Source: Octopus sinensis
Lineage: Eukaryota
DNA: 64,000 nt
Direction: 5' to 3'
NCBI RefSeq assembly: GCF_006345805.1
Contig: NC_042999.1
Coordinates: 71,672,001-71,736,000, forward strand
Position numbers and translations under genes: made by a program. This document shows, one piece after another, positions 40,829 to 52,124 of the stretch. The notes beneath the pieces were generated by a model. It saw only the letters and a list, made by a program, of their open reading frames with translations, was not told where the DNA came from and did not search any database. How positions within the stretch are numbered: the first letter of the stretch is position 1; the number at the start of each line of letters is the position of its first letter.

Positions 40829-42544
40829 GCATATATATATCGCAAACGACATATGAAATCTTGATATGGAAGATATCCAATATTATCTGGTACATGCATG
40901 ATACTTTGCTACTAGTCGTCTTGATTGTCAGCTTGGCCAAATTCCACAGACAAATATATATATATATATATCCATAAATACATAATATACATACATATAT
41001 ATACATATACATACGTATATATATACATATATATCTCTATAAATACATATATATATATATATATATACATAATACATAAAAACACACACATATATATAGA
41101 CACACACTTGCCCACATATCGGTGTGTTTCTCTCTTTCTGTTTATTATATATACATACATTCATACATCCATTTATATATATATTCACAATTGCACACTA
41201 TAGCTTTGGTGTACATGCAACTATAAACACATACACGTAGATGAACTATCAAAATCATCCAAATATATTTGATTTATTACACTGGCAAACATATCAAATG
41301 AATGATAAAGATTTTCTTATTCATCAAACCTTGCCGCATTATCTTGATTCTCATTTTACTAATATGCATATTGATCAATATATCTGCATATTCATCGATC
41401 TGTTTATCTAACTAAATATTCCTGTATCAGCTATCTATGTATGTAGATTTCTGTCCATCCAAAACGCTTTCCTCTTTACTTCGCTGTCAGTTTCAGTATT
41501 TGTCACTCCTATTCTATACATATAGATAAATATGTAAATATATATTCGTGCATACTCACACATATTTATATAATACATATATGAGTGTATGTGTATGTGT
41601 ATGTGTATGTGTGTGTGTTTTCTGCGAGCGTGTGTGATTTCACATCCGTCTCTCTATTTCAATAAAAATATTTTTCTTCCTTTCGTCTCCCTTTCAGCTA
41701 TTCGCTTTTATACGCGTGTGTGTGCGTGTATATGTGTGTGAGTGTGTGTGTGTATGTTGTGTGTTCGCGTGTGTGTGGATATAAGCAAACACACACATAT
41801 AGGTATATTTATGTATTTTTTTTATTTAGTAAATGTGTGTATCCCTCTTTTTAAGCACAATGTTGCTTTCAGACAAATAGGAATTAATATAAGAAATATA
41901 TGACACACGATATACCTAAGTTGAAAGATATGCAAGATTGGCATATAATCCTGAAGTTATTCTCGAGGGTGACAAGGATATGTGATTCCATGTCTATGCA
42001 AGAATGTAGTTTCACACACGCTTGCACGCCCGTAAAACACGTATGCATATAGATGTTTATGTGTGTTTGTTTACGTATATATGTATGCATGCATGCTTAT
42101 ACAAACGTTTTTAATTACGAAAGTGAGTTACAAGTAATGCAAATATAAATTGCATTATTTCCTGACTCATTTCCTATATATACAAAACTTCGTTACTGAA
42201 TATAGAATCTAATAAATGAAGAGTAGTATATATTGTAAATGGTGGAGATCAGTATATGTTGTAATTGTTTAGCTTTTCAAATTGTGCTTGGGAAGGATGA
42301 ATTAGTCTTGCATATATATGTAAGTTAGATATGGGTTCAATCGAATTAATTATAGTTAAGTTGGATTGAATAATCTTTAAAGAGATAATTAAACAGATGA
42401 AGAAGATTGTTGACATCGTTGCATAAACTATAAGAAGGCCAATAAGATCAGGTATCGACCCAAGGTTTGTTCAGTGATTGAGTGTGTGCTCGTGTAAGGA
42501 GAATTTGATGTGGATAATGTCCTATGCATAATTCTATCTACTAG

Positions 42545-42712
42545 GCCAGCAATGTCGGGAAGGGATAAGACGATTATATCGATCCTAGTGTTCAAATGGT
42601 ACTTATTTAATTGACTCCGAAAGGAGGAAATTCACAGTTGACCTCGGTGGAATGTGAACTCAAAACGTAAAGACAGACAAAATGCCGTTAAGCATTGCCC
42701 GGCGTGTTAACG
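42545..42712 (-). mobile_element. tRNA-derived SINE, type B
   Basis: gttgacctcggtggaatgtgaactcaaaacgtaaagacagacaaaatgccgttaagc. Confidence 0.82.
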
Positions 42713-42879
42713 ATTCACGTATACAACAAAGAATGTTCTAACGTTAATGATAAATAATATTATCTTAAAATCTATCAAGGGAATTCATACATTTGAAGAA
42801 AGTTATGTAGGAGTATAAAAGCAGTTTCAAAATAGAATTTCTTTGAAGGATGGTTATAAATTGAAAACAGTTACTCTTT

Positions 42880-43217
42880 TACTCTTTTATTTGTTTCAGT
42901 CATTTGACTGTGGCCATGCTGGAGCACCGCCTTTTGTCGAGCAAATCGACCCCGTGTCTCATTCTTTGTAAGCCTAGTACCTATTCTATCGGTCTCTTTT
43001 GCCGAACCGCTAAGTTACATATATACATATACATACATATATATATATATACAACGGGCTTCTTTCAGTTTCCATCTACCAAATTTACTCACAAGGCTTT
43101 GGTCGGCCCGATGCTATAGTAGAAGATACTTGCCCTAGGTGCCACGCAATGGGACTGAACCTGGAACCATGTGGTTGGTAAGCAAGCTACTAACTACGCA
43201 CCTACTCCTACGCCTAT
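42880..43217 (-). mobile_element. tRNA-derived SINE, type A
   Basis: Same blocks as 37757-38160. Confidence 0.9.
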
Positions 43218-44034
43218 AATTGTTTGTTTTAAAATATTTCTCGCGTTCTATATTAAAAATATTTTATTTAAATAAGGTAAATTATCCGTGATAAATATAA
43301 TGTTTGTAGAAATTAATATCTCTACTAACAAACATATTAATTCTATTTCAGAGAAATTAAATTATCTAAGATTGAATCGTAGGAAATTAAATATTTAAAT
43401 TAGTACAAATTATGTTTATCTTAACCAATATATTAGGAATGTAAGTACTTAGCTAATTAAATGAAAGTAGTACTCTCGAAAGACGTTTACGCTTGAAAAT
43501 CATTGTTATTATCGAAACGAGCAATAATTACGATTCCAATAGCTAAGCAGTGGCATATAGATAGAGATAGATAAAAGAAATGTACTATTTCATTATGCTC
43601 TTACATATCAAGCAAAATTTTAAAATTGACTAATATATAATCATACACAGGCACACACACACATACACACACAGAGGCACGCACACGCACATATGTTAAA
43701 TCCCATTGTGGTAAGTCATCACAGAACCAGTTTTAACACTTGCTCACAAATTAAGTTACTTGATAGAAAGTAAAATTTTAAAACACACGAACACACACAC
43801 AGACACACACACACATTAAAAAGCAGACACAAACACATATAGATACACACTATTTACTTCCTGATATTGTGGGTGTATGCATGTTTGTATTCATATGCAT
43901 ATTGGTATGTATGTGTGTTTTTATATGTATGTATGTATCTATTCATCTATCTACTTATCTTATAATGTTCGCTTCTATGTCAAATTCTACCATAAGCAAT
44001 TTAACATTAAACTGCAGAATAGCTCAATACATTG

Positions 44035-44168
44035 CATCCCAGTCACATGGTTCCGGGTTCAGTATCACTGCATGGCGCCTTGGACAAGTGCTTTCTACTA
44101 TGGCCTCGGGCCGACAAAAGCCTTGAGAGTGGTTTCCGTAGACGTAAACTGAAAGCAGTCCGTCGTAG
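44035..44168 (+). mobile_element. tRNA-derived SINE, type A (head portion)
   Basis: cacatggttccgggttcagtatcactgcatggcgccttggacaagtg...gggccgacaaaagccttg. Confidence 0.85.
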
Positions 44169-44432
44169 TAGATGAAACCATAGCGATTGAAGAAGGGTTT
44201 TTTTCTTTGTGTTAATTGTCCTGTACTCCATTTTTTGTTGTTTTTAAAACAATGTTCAGTTCCTTTGGTTTGTGTCTATGTTTTCGTTTCTCTTTGTGTT
44301 CGACGTCTCTTTGGTGTCCTGTACTCATATATGCGTGTATATGTACATGTAGAGGTAGGTACGTACATATATGTTTATATATATGCATATGTTTTATTTC
44401 ATTTATTAATATATATATATATATATATAAAG

Positions 44433-44483
<51 letters not shown>

Positions 44484-45310
44484 GAGAGAGATTCAGATGA
44501 ATATGGTACTTAAGTTGAGGCACCAGAATTTAGTACGGTATTATCCACACCATTTCAAAATAAGGCGATTAAAATCAAAATAAGCAACAAGGGTATCCAG
44601 AGGTAATGCAGTACGATCGTTTCAAGCTACTCCATTTTATTGAAAGATTCAATCATTACATCAATTTAAATGTAGAGCAAACCTCAGCTGCATAAAGACA
44701 TATAATGTAATTAAATTAAAACAGATGGACACATTAGTATAATTTTACCTAAAATCTCCAAGAAGGTAAGAAGCTAGACAAAAAACATGCCGTCTTCACT
44801 TCAGCTTAGAAGCTACTCTATCTGTATTTAATTGACTAAAGTCAAACTGGTAAACATTTTGTGAAAGCTGAAAGTGCACACATATCGTACAAAGATTGAA
44901 ATTACTGACACGTACAGAAAGAAACTCATATTTCTTTAGAGAAACATAGTTGTTCGAAAGAAGATAATGTCCTAATAAAATATTCGGGAGTCGAGGAATA
45001 TGCAATTTTTTGCTGACGTCCTTTTCTTCCCCAAAATGATGAGTTTGTGAATACAATCAAAACCACAATATTATTTCATTTTCATAGTAAATTTCAAGTA
45101 TTTTGTTCCAGAAATCATTTATTTTTCAAAAGCAAATAACTTGTGAAAGAAGCAAACTATCAACAAGATGTATCGGAGTAAACTATTTATTATGTGTGAG
45201 TCAGGGAGGGAATTTCAATGTCATGAATCCAATTAACTGTCAAATTTCTCAAATCACTTCATAAACAAAGACAACCAAAACAATGTGATAAATACGTCCC
45301 CTCCACCTGG

Positions 45311-45373
<63 letters not shown>

Positions 45374-45546
45374 CCACGATAGATCGTTAGCCACAACACA
45401 CATTTTTCTCTCTCCTTGTTTTTTCTGTGTCCCTTTCTGTAGAAGAGCGTGGGCTCGAAACGTAAGAGACTTTTCTATTCCTGAGCGTTATACTAATACA
45501 TCTGTTTGTTTTGTACACCACCTGTCTTCGTATTTTGTTCTTTTCG

Positions 45547-45550
<4 letters not shown>
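45374..45550 (+). mobile_element. Penelope-like pLTR fragment with a non-canonical hammerhead-like motif
   Basis: ctgtagaaGAGCgtggGCTCgaaacgta: 4-bp stem II, GAAA and ACGT palindrome present, but the CUGANGA core is altered. Confidence 0.45.
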
Positions 45551-45580
<30 letters not shown>

Positions 45581-45621
45581 TACATATACATACACGCGTG
45601 TACGCGTGCGTACGCACACAC

Positions 45622-45722
45622 AGTTTCCCTACTTCACTCAAGATGTGATAGAAGACATTTATCCAAGGTGCAGTGCAGTGGTATCGAACTCCGAAAGAAT
45701 TAACTTTAATCATACGGCCATG
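45622..45722 (-). mobile_element. Type A SINE fragment
   Basis: atagaagacatttatccaaggtgcagtgcagtggtatcgaactc. Confidence 0.6.
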
Positions 45723-45832
45723 TCCCAGGACATCGTAAACTTATAGTAAATGATTTGTAAATAATGTTCCAGGCTACGAGGCAGTGAGAATTATCATATC
45801 TCACATAATAGTATACTTAATATATATTAACA

Positions 45833-46167
45833 CTAGCAGTATATCCCGGCGTTGTTCGAATTTGTTTTGAAAAGTAGAAATTTTGCATTATGTACCTTGT
45901 TATTCTCTTTAAGTGAACATTTTTCTGGTTGAAATACACCGAAAAATGGCGACTCAGCCGTCAAAAAATCGTAAAAAATAGGGATTTTGAGAGAAAAAAA
46001 AGTACCTTTTTTATGTAAATAATTTTTAGTCTTAACACGGTCCGATTTGAATTTTTTTCTTCTACGGAATGAAGAGCAAGCCTTCTTCTATCATACTCTC
46101 AATTTTGGCCAACTTGTGCCGCAGGGTCTCGGAGGAGATAGTGTTAGTTGAAGGCTATCAAACCTGC

Positions 46168-46207
<40 letters not shown>

Positions 46208-46242
46208 ACACACACATACAGACAACTTCAGTTTTATATATA
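45833..46242 (-). mobile_element. Non-autonomous Helitron
   Basis: Minus ends tatatataaaactgaagttg... and gaacaacgccgggatatactgCTAG|T match the termini of the 24954-25978 dimer; the interior is unrelated. Confidence 0.85.
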
Positions 46243-47076
46243 AAAATTATTATTATTATTATTGAAAGCAATGAATTGGAATAATCGTTAGAGTGTATTA
46301 CCATAACCCTTTAAGCACTAAGTTCAAGTCTCGATTGATTTCATTGATCCTTCGTAGTTCGATACATGTATGTAATAAGATTTCTCTTTCCAAAATGCGA
46401 TTCAAGTGGCATTGCATAGCCATGACTAAAGAAGTCACGTGCTCGGAGTCACACGCAGTCGGATAGAACCTGGAATGGTGCGTTCACAAAACGACCTACT
46501 TAGCCATACATTGGTATGTTATATGATTTATCTTCACACATTAATGTGATATATGATATATCTATACAATAAATGAAACGTATCATTCAAAATTGCAATG
46601 TGTCAGGTAATTATTATGTTTAAATTCCCTTTAGTGCTATAAAACACGATTGGCAACATCACTCATATCTCAGCAATAAAAGCTTTTATTTATTTCCTTG
46701 TTTAGGAGATTTTTAGCAATCTAGATTATATAATATTAAAACAAAATAATTGGATAGATTTATTAATGGAAAATCGAATATACAAAAAAAAGACATAAAA
46801 ATATCTTTAAATGTTGAAGACAATAATGTTTAATATATTCTTGTACTGTAACATTTGATGTCACTCTTTTATTACTTATATGGAAAGAAAAGATTGGTAA
46901 AAGTACAGAATAGGAAGACAGAGACTTGGGCGATAGGGAAAATCAATGATATATTGACAGATATAAAGATAAATATGTATTTCGTTGTCTGCTACAGTTT
47001 TTGTTGTTAAAATTGTATTGATCAATTGGGCATCAAATTGTATTATGAAATAATACAATTCATGCTATATATATAT

Positions 47077-47113
<37 letters not shown>

Positions 47114-47122
47114 GTCTATATA

Positions 47123-47173
<51 letters not shown>

Positions 47174-47174
47174 T

Positions 47175-47550
47175 ATCAATAATAATAAAGGGTAAAATTA
47201 ATTTATTAATTAATAATGAATAATTTTACCAAGTAGTTCGGTATGTTAAAAGAACCATTTAAAATCTTGAAGTACTGTGCTGAAGAGCGAGAACGATGGA
47301 ATGGAATTGTGGTTTTGCATTTTTCACATCTACCTAACTCCGAAACGCGTCTACAGTTAATCGAAGCAGAGTGAATTCGTTATTTTTTCTCTTTGCCTAC
47401 GTGGGTTGTTGAGTATTGTTGTCGGGGGGGGGGTCCTTATGGTAGAGAAATAGCTAGTTTTAACTGCTATTTCTAAATCTCGGTATGTGGTGAAGCAAGT
47501 TTTTTGCTGAACCCTAATTATAATTATGCTCATAATTATAAAAATATCTG
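47175..47550 (+). mobile_element. Non-coding Penelope-like element: inverted tail + hammerhead-bearing unit
   Basis: Homology to 32877-33076 in two opposite orientations; hammerhead at 47274-47357. Confidence 0.78.
47274..47357 (+). ncRNA. Minimal type I hammerhead ribozyme motif with intact core
   Basis: Stem I actgtg/tacagt, CTGAAGA at 47280-86, G47287-C47341 closing pair, GAAA at 47342-45, palindrome ACGCGT, GTC triplet at 47349-51. Confidence 0.82.
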
Positions 47551-47551
47551 T

Positions 47552-47599
<48 letters not shown>

Positions 47600-47601
<2 letters not shown>

Positions 47602-47728
47602 AGTATTATAACTCGATTTCATTCGGGTCTATAATTTTCAGGTCAATCCGACCACATTTGCTGACACTTTTGCCAGCACAACTGCTTGTGAGACAACGTC
47701 CGCCCTTTTCACATGTATATATAGTAGA
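47600..47728 (-). mobile_element. 129-bp minimal derivative of the 17.3-18.8 kb Helitron
   Basis: A|TCtactatata...CTAG|T termini. Shares gatttcattcgggtct and caatccgaccacatttgct...gcacaactgc.tgtgagacaa. Confidence 0.8.
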
Positions 47729-48069
47729 TACAAACACACACACACACACACACATATATGTGTGTGTGTGTGTGTATGTGTGTGTGTGTTTTCTGTCCTA
47801 CTGTTGATTTATCCATGCGGCACTCCGTACAACCCGTAGTTTACTTTGTTAAATAAAGATATCCCTCAAACATTATGTACGACTCTCACCATCATTTCCT
47901 CGCTTTTCTCCCTTGTTCCTTCTTTCCTTCTCTCTGTCTCTCTCTATTTCCACTCCCCCTCGTTCCTCACTTCCTCTGATTTCATTTTCCCTCTCGAGTA
48001 TTCCTTAATCCCTTTCCCCTCCCTCTTATTCTTCAATCCCTTTGTTTTCCCCTGGACTTATTCTTTGTC

Positions 48070-48180
48070 AGCCTAATGATTATTCTATTGGTCTCTTTTG
48101 CCGAACCGCTAAGTTATGGGGACGTAAACACACTAGCAACGGTTGTCAAGCGATGTTGAGGGGACCACAGACACAGACAG

Positions 48181-48260
<80 letters not shown>

Positions 48261-48420
48261 CGACGGGCTTCTTTCAGTTTCCATCTATCAGATCCACTCA
48301 AAAGGCTTTGGTCGACCCGAGGCTATAGTAGAAGACACTTGCCCAAGATGCCACACAGAGGGACTGAACCCGGAACCATGTAGTTGGTAAGTAAGCTACT
48401 TAGCACACAGCCACTCCTGC
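48070..48420 (-). mobile_element. tRNA-derived SINE, type A
   Basis: Same blocks as 37757-38160. Confidence 0.9.
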
Positions 48421-48773
48421 AATACACATTTTTCCCCTCTGTAATGTATAGCCGAAAGGCATTCTGTTGTACATGCACAATTCTAGCTTTCTCGCTTTTG
48501 CTTCTGTTCCTCTTTTCGTTCTTGTATACATTCGTTTTGCCTCTCCCAGAGGCTCAATGCTTTTAGCTTAAGTCCCTATCACCCGCCAGATTGGAGTAGT
48601 TTCGGAAATAAGGGGGCGAAGCTACAAGGACTTTCCGGACTCCGACTAAGGAGGAAATTGGCTGCGAATGATCCGTGTTTTTGTCCTGTCTTTCCGTTTG
48701 CCGTGCTTTCGTCTATTTTTCTGCCCGTGTTTTGTTGGTTTCCGTTTGTTGTGTTCTTTCTGTCGTACCTTTG

Positions 48774-48833
<60 letters not shown>

Positions 48834-50339
48834 TATATGTAAGTATGTATGTATGTATGTATGTATGTATGTATGTATGTATGTATGTATGTGTGTGTGT
48901 GTGTGTGTGTGTGAGAGTGTTAAGTAAAATGAGACACAACCTTCGCTTTCTCGTCTCATTTTATTCAACATATAGATGCTCATATAAAACCAGCATTAGA
49001 CTATCACTATCGAACCGAGAGTTTAACTACGGTCTTTCCATAGCACTTAGATAGCGTTACCTGCCACCTTGGGTCTTCTGGAGACCAATATCTCCCATAT
49101 ATATATATGAAGGATACGAGGGTACATGGTCTATTGATTTGGAATTGGAAATGAAGCCTCTTCAATTTCCTGTTACTAAGAGCATGAACATCACCGCTTC
49201 ACTCCACTTTCCACCTACCCTTAATTATATGACATTTGTGTCAAATCGAAACATATCAGGATGAAGGAACAACGAAAGTTTTGTATGTCTGTATTATTTT
49301 TCTTGGCAAAATATCCGGCTGCAATCAATAATTAATCAAATGTTTTATAGTAATTTTATTTTCATTTCATTGATTCCTGCTGCTTGTATTATTTCTACCA
49401 CCTTCGACTTAAGAAGTGTTTTGTTGAACATAACGAGGTGAAGCTGATCTTATAACTCATTGAATCATCGGGACAGCAATAAAAACTTAGCCTTCGTGTA
49501 GTCGATCTAGAGAAAATTAACCGAAACGAAGCCATTCCATCTCCAAGCTATTGCTACTTCGCACAGCAAGCCATAAAGTTTTAAATAAATCAGCAGATTG
49601 GTTACCAAGAAAGGATTTATATTTTCAGTCTCATTTAATGATGTTGAGTGACTTTGAACGTGATAATTACAAGACTCCTGACTTGAATGAAAATTAAAAA
49701 AATAAAACGTTTACCTTCTGTGGATGATGCAATGTAGTACGAAGGCATAGCAGATACATAAGGGTGAAATAATGAGGAAATTAACAATAATTTTCTATAT
49801 CCATGATGAACGTTGGACATATAATTTAACGGTAAAATCAATGTGTTCATAGGACGTACATCACGAGACTCCAAAACACTCTCTCAACGACTCCTACCGA
49901 CCTGTCTCTTTATTATAGCCACAAGGGCTCAACATAGAGGGAGATAAACAAGAACAGACAGGACACCACAGAGGGGACAACACAGAGAACGAATATGAAT
50001 GAAATGGTTATATAACAATGAAATTATAAATGGCTGCATGCGCCCCTCATCACATGCAGTACTATTAATCTTGTTTACAATCAAATATTATCGGATTTTC
50101 AACTAAAATATTACCAACATTTAACATACCATTGCAAATCACTAATCCGTGTATTATCTGGCGGGCCACATCGAATTAGTGACGCATTGTCTTTCCAACA
50201 GACTTATTACTCGCTATCCATTGACTGAGAGCCATCTGAAGGGCAGTCCTTTATTAGCGGTATCACATCATCCCAGACGATTCCACCTTTTCAAACTCGA
50301 CTTCAAACTGCACCATTCCTATGTCGCACCTTTCTTTTA

Positions 50340-51460
50340 CTTCTCATAGCAGCTCGGCTCTATTATTATTGCTTTTGTTTTATCATTGCCATAATCCTTA
50401 GGAAATTTTACTCGTATTACTGGCCTCATTTTCGGGATCTCTGTTTCCGTATGTATACTCTTTTTGTATTCTACATACATAATACCATCTCTTCTTCCTC
50501 TGATTTTCTGCCCCTCCTTCATTTCTTTGTTCATCTCCTTCCGAAGGAGAAACTTTCAAACTTTCCTCTTCTGTTTTTCTTGTCACCATTTTTTCCCGTT
50601 ACTTCCCATCACCTCTTTCTCCTTTTTCAAATTCTCCGGTGGAGAACCCCTCCTACTTTTTCTTTCACCTCCACGAATTCCTCTTCTGTATTCACTGTTT
50701 CAGTTCCTTCTCCACATTCTACCACGTATGCCTCTCTCTGCGTCGAACTCTCCTCTCTCTTTTTCCTTGCTTTGAGGGCAGTTCGCTTTTTTGTGTCCTC
50801 TTTCGCTACACAAAAAACTTTTCAAAGGCCTGCCCTCTACTACCACATTCAGTTTGGTTCCTACGGTATTCAGATCTTCCAGAGTGGCTGGAATTCTCAT
50901 TTCTAGTCCGTACTCCCAAAAGTCCACCTTTTGAGTTCTTGTTGCCTTAAATATTTTCGGACTTTGTTTCATGTGGAATAAGACTGCCGCCATAATCCAC
51001 GTCTCGTCGTACTCGGGTGGGATTTTACCCACCCTTACTCTCGCCATTCTTTTCAGGCAGTAACTCAGTAGGAAAGCCCACTCGTCATTCCTAATCGCAT
51101 TCACTGCATGTTCTGCAGCTACTTCTTCAGAATCGAACCTGACTTCAACCACTCCGAACTTCCGACTTCCAGTTACAAAAGTCGTCAGGTGTTCGATGTC
51201 TTCTAGTGTCCCTTCTGTACTCTATATCGTTGCGGCTTCGATCCATCCTGTGGACAATCTTAAAGTCTTACAAAGGACCGCTCTTCTTTGTAAGCTTTCC
51301 AAAGATACCTTTGACGGCATCAGAGAGAGCGCCGTTCATTGTTTCGTTAACAATTTTACACATACCCGCATTCTGTCTGTTTCTCCACCCACGTCCATCA
51401 CTGTTAACGAAGCAACATTGCTATTACATGTTGCCGCTTCTGCACAGCTTTGGCTCGAGG
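50340..51460 (-). mobile_element. Tx1/L1-like ORF1 pseudogene (second, diverged family)
   Basis: FGVVEVRFDSEEVAAEHAV...RVRVGKIPP...WIMAAV...GRPLKSFLCSERGHKKANCP is homologous to the 15-16 kb ORF1. No ORF2 follows. Confidence 0.78.
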
Positions 51461-51962
51461 TACTCAAACTTTCCATTATACAAATGAATCGAAAACAACA
51501 GGCACGCCCACGCAGGGAAAGCCTTCAACAATCAATAGCAATCAATTAACAATGAATTAACTATGCAACTCAGAAAAAACAACTCCAATACTCTCTAAAC
51601 ACTCATACCGATTTTTCATCTCAACCAATACGCTACGCTTTATAAGAATTCGGCTAGTCCATACTTCCAATCTCCCGGGGGTGTCAATACGCCACATCAG
51701 ATTTCTTAAGTTGTATTCGAATTAGAAAAAGCAAATTTCCCTTTGACGATTATACTTAGTGCCGAAGTTTTTTTTACAGTTGCGGCCAGTTTTACTAGAC
51801 ATTAACTTACAACAGTGGACTTAACGATTTATATATTTCCAATCACCGTTGCTTTCATTCATTTTTTTCCTGGACCATTAAGTACAAGACGATTACTGGA
51901 GTTGATATCATTGACTAGTTTCTTCCCGCTAAATTTAACGCTCTTTGCTTATAGTAAAAAGG

Positions 51963-52016
<54 letters not shown>

Positions 52017-52064
52017 GTTATCATCATCATCATCATCATCATCATCATTATTATTATTATTATT

Positions 52065-52097
<33 letters not shown>

Positions 52098-52124
52098 ATT
52101 ATTATTATTATTGTTATTATTATT
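51963..52124. repeat. Compound (ATT)/(ATC)/(GTT) trinucleotide microsatellite
   Basis: Visible directly; abuts the 3' end of the R4/Dong-like element. Confidence 0.97.
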
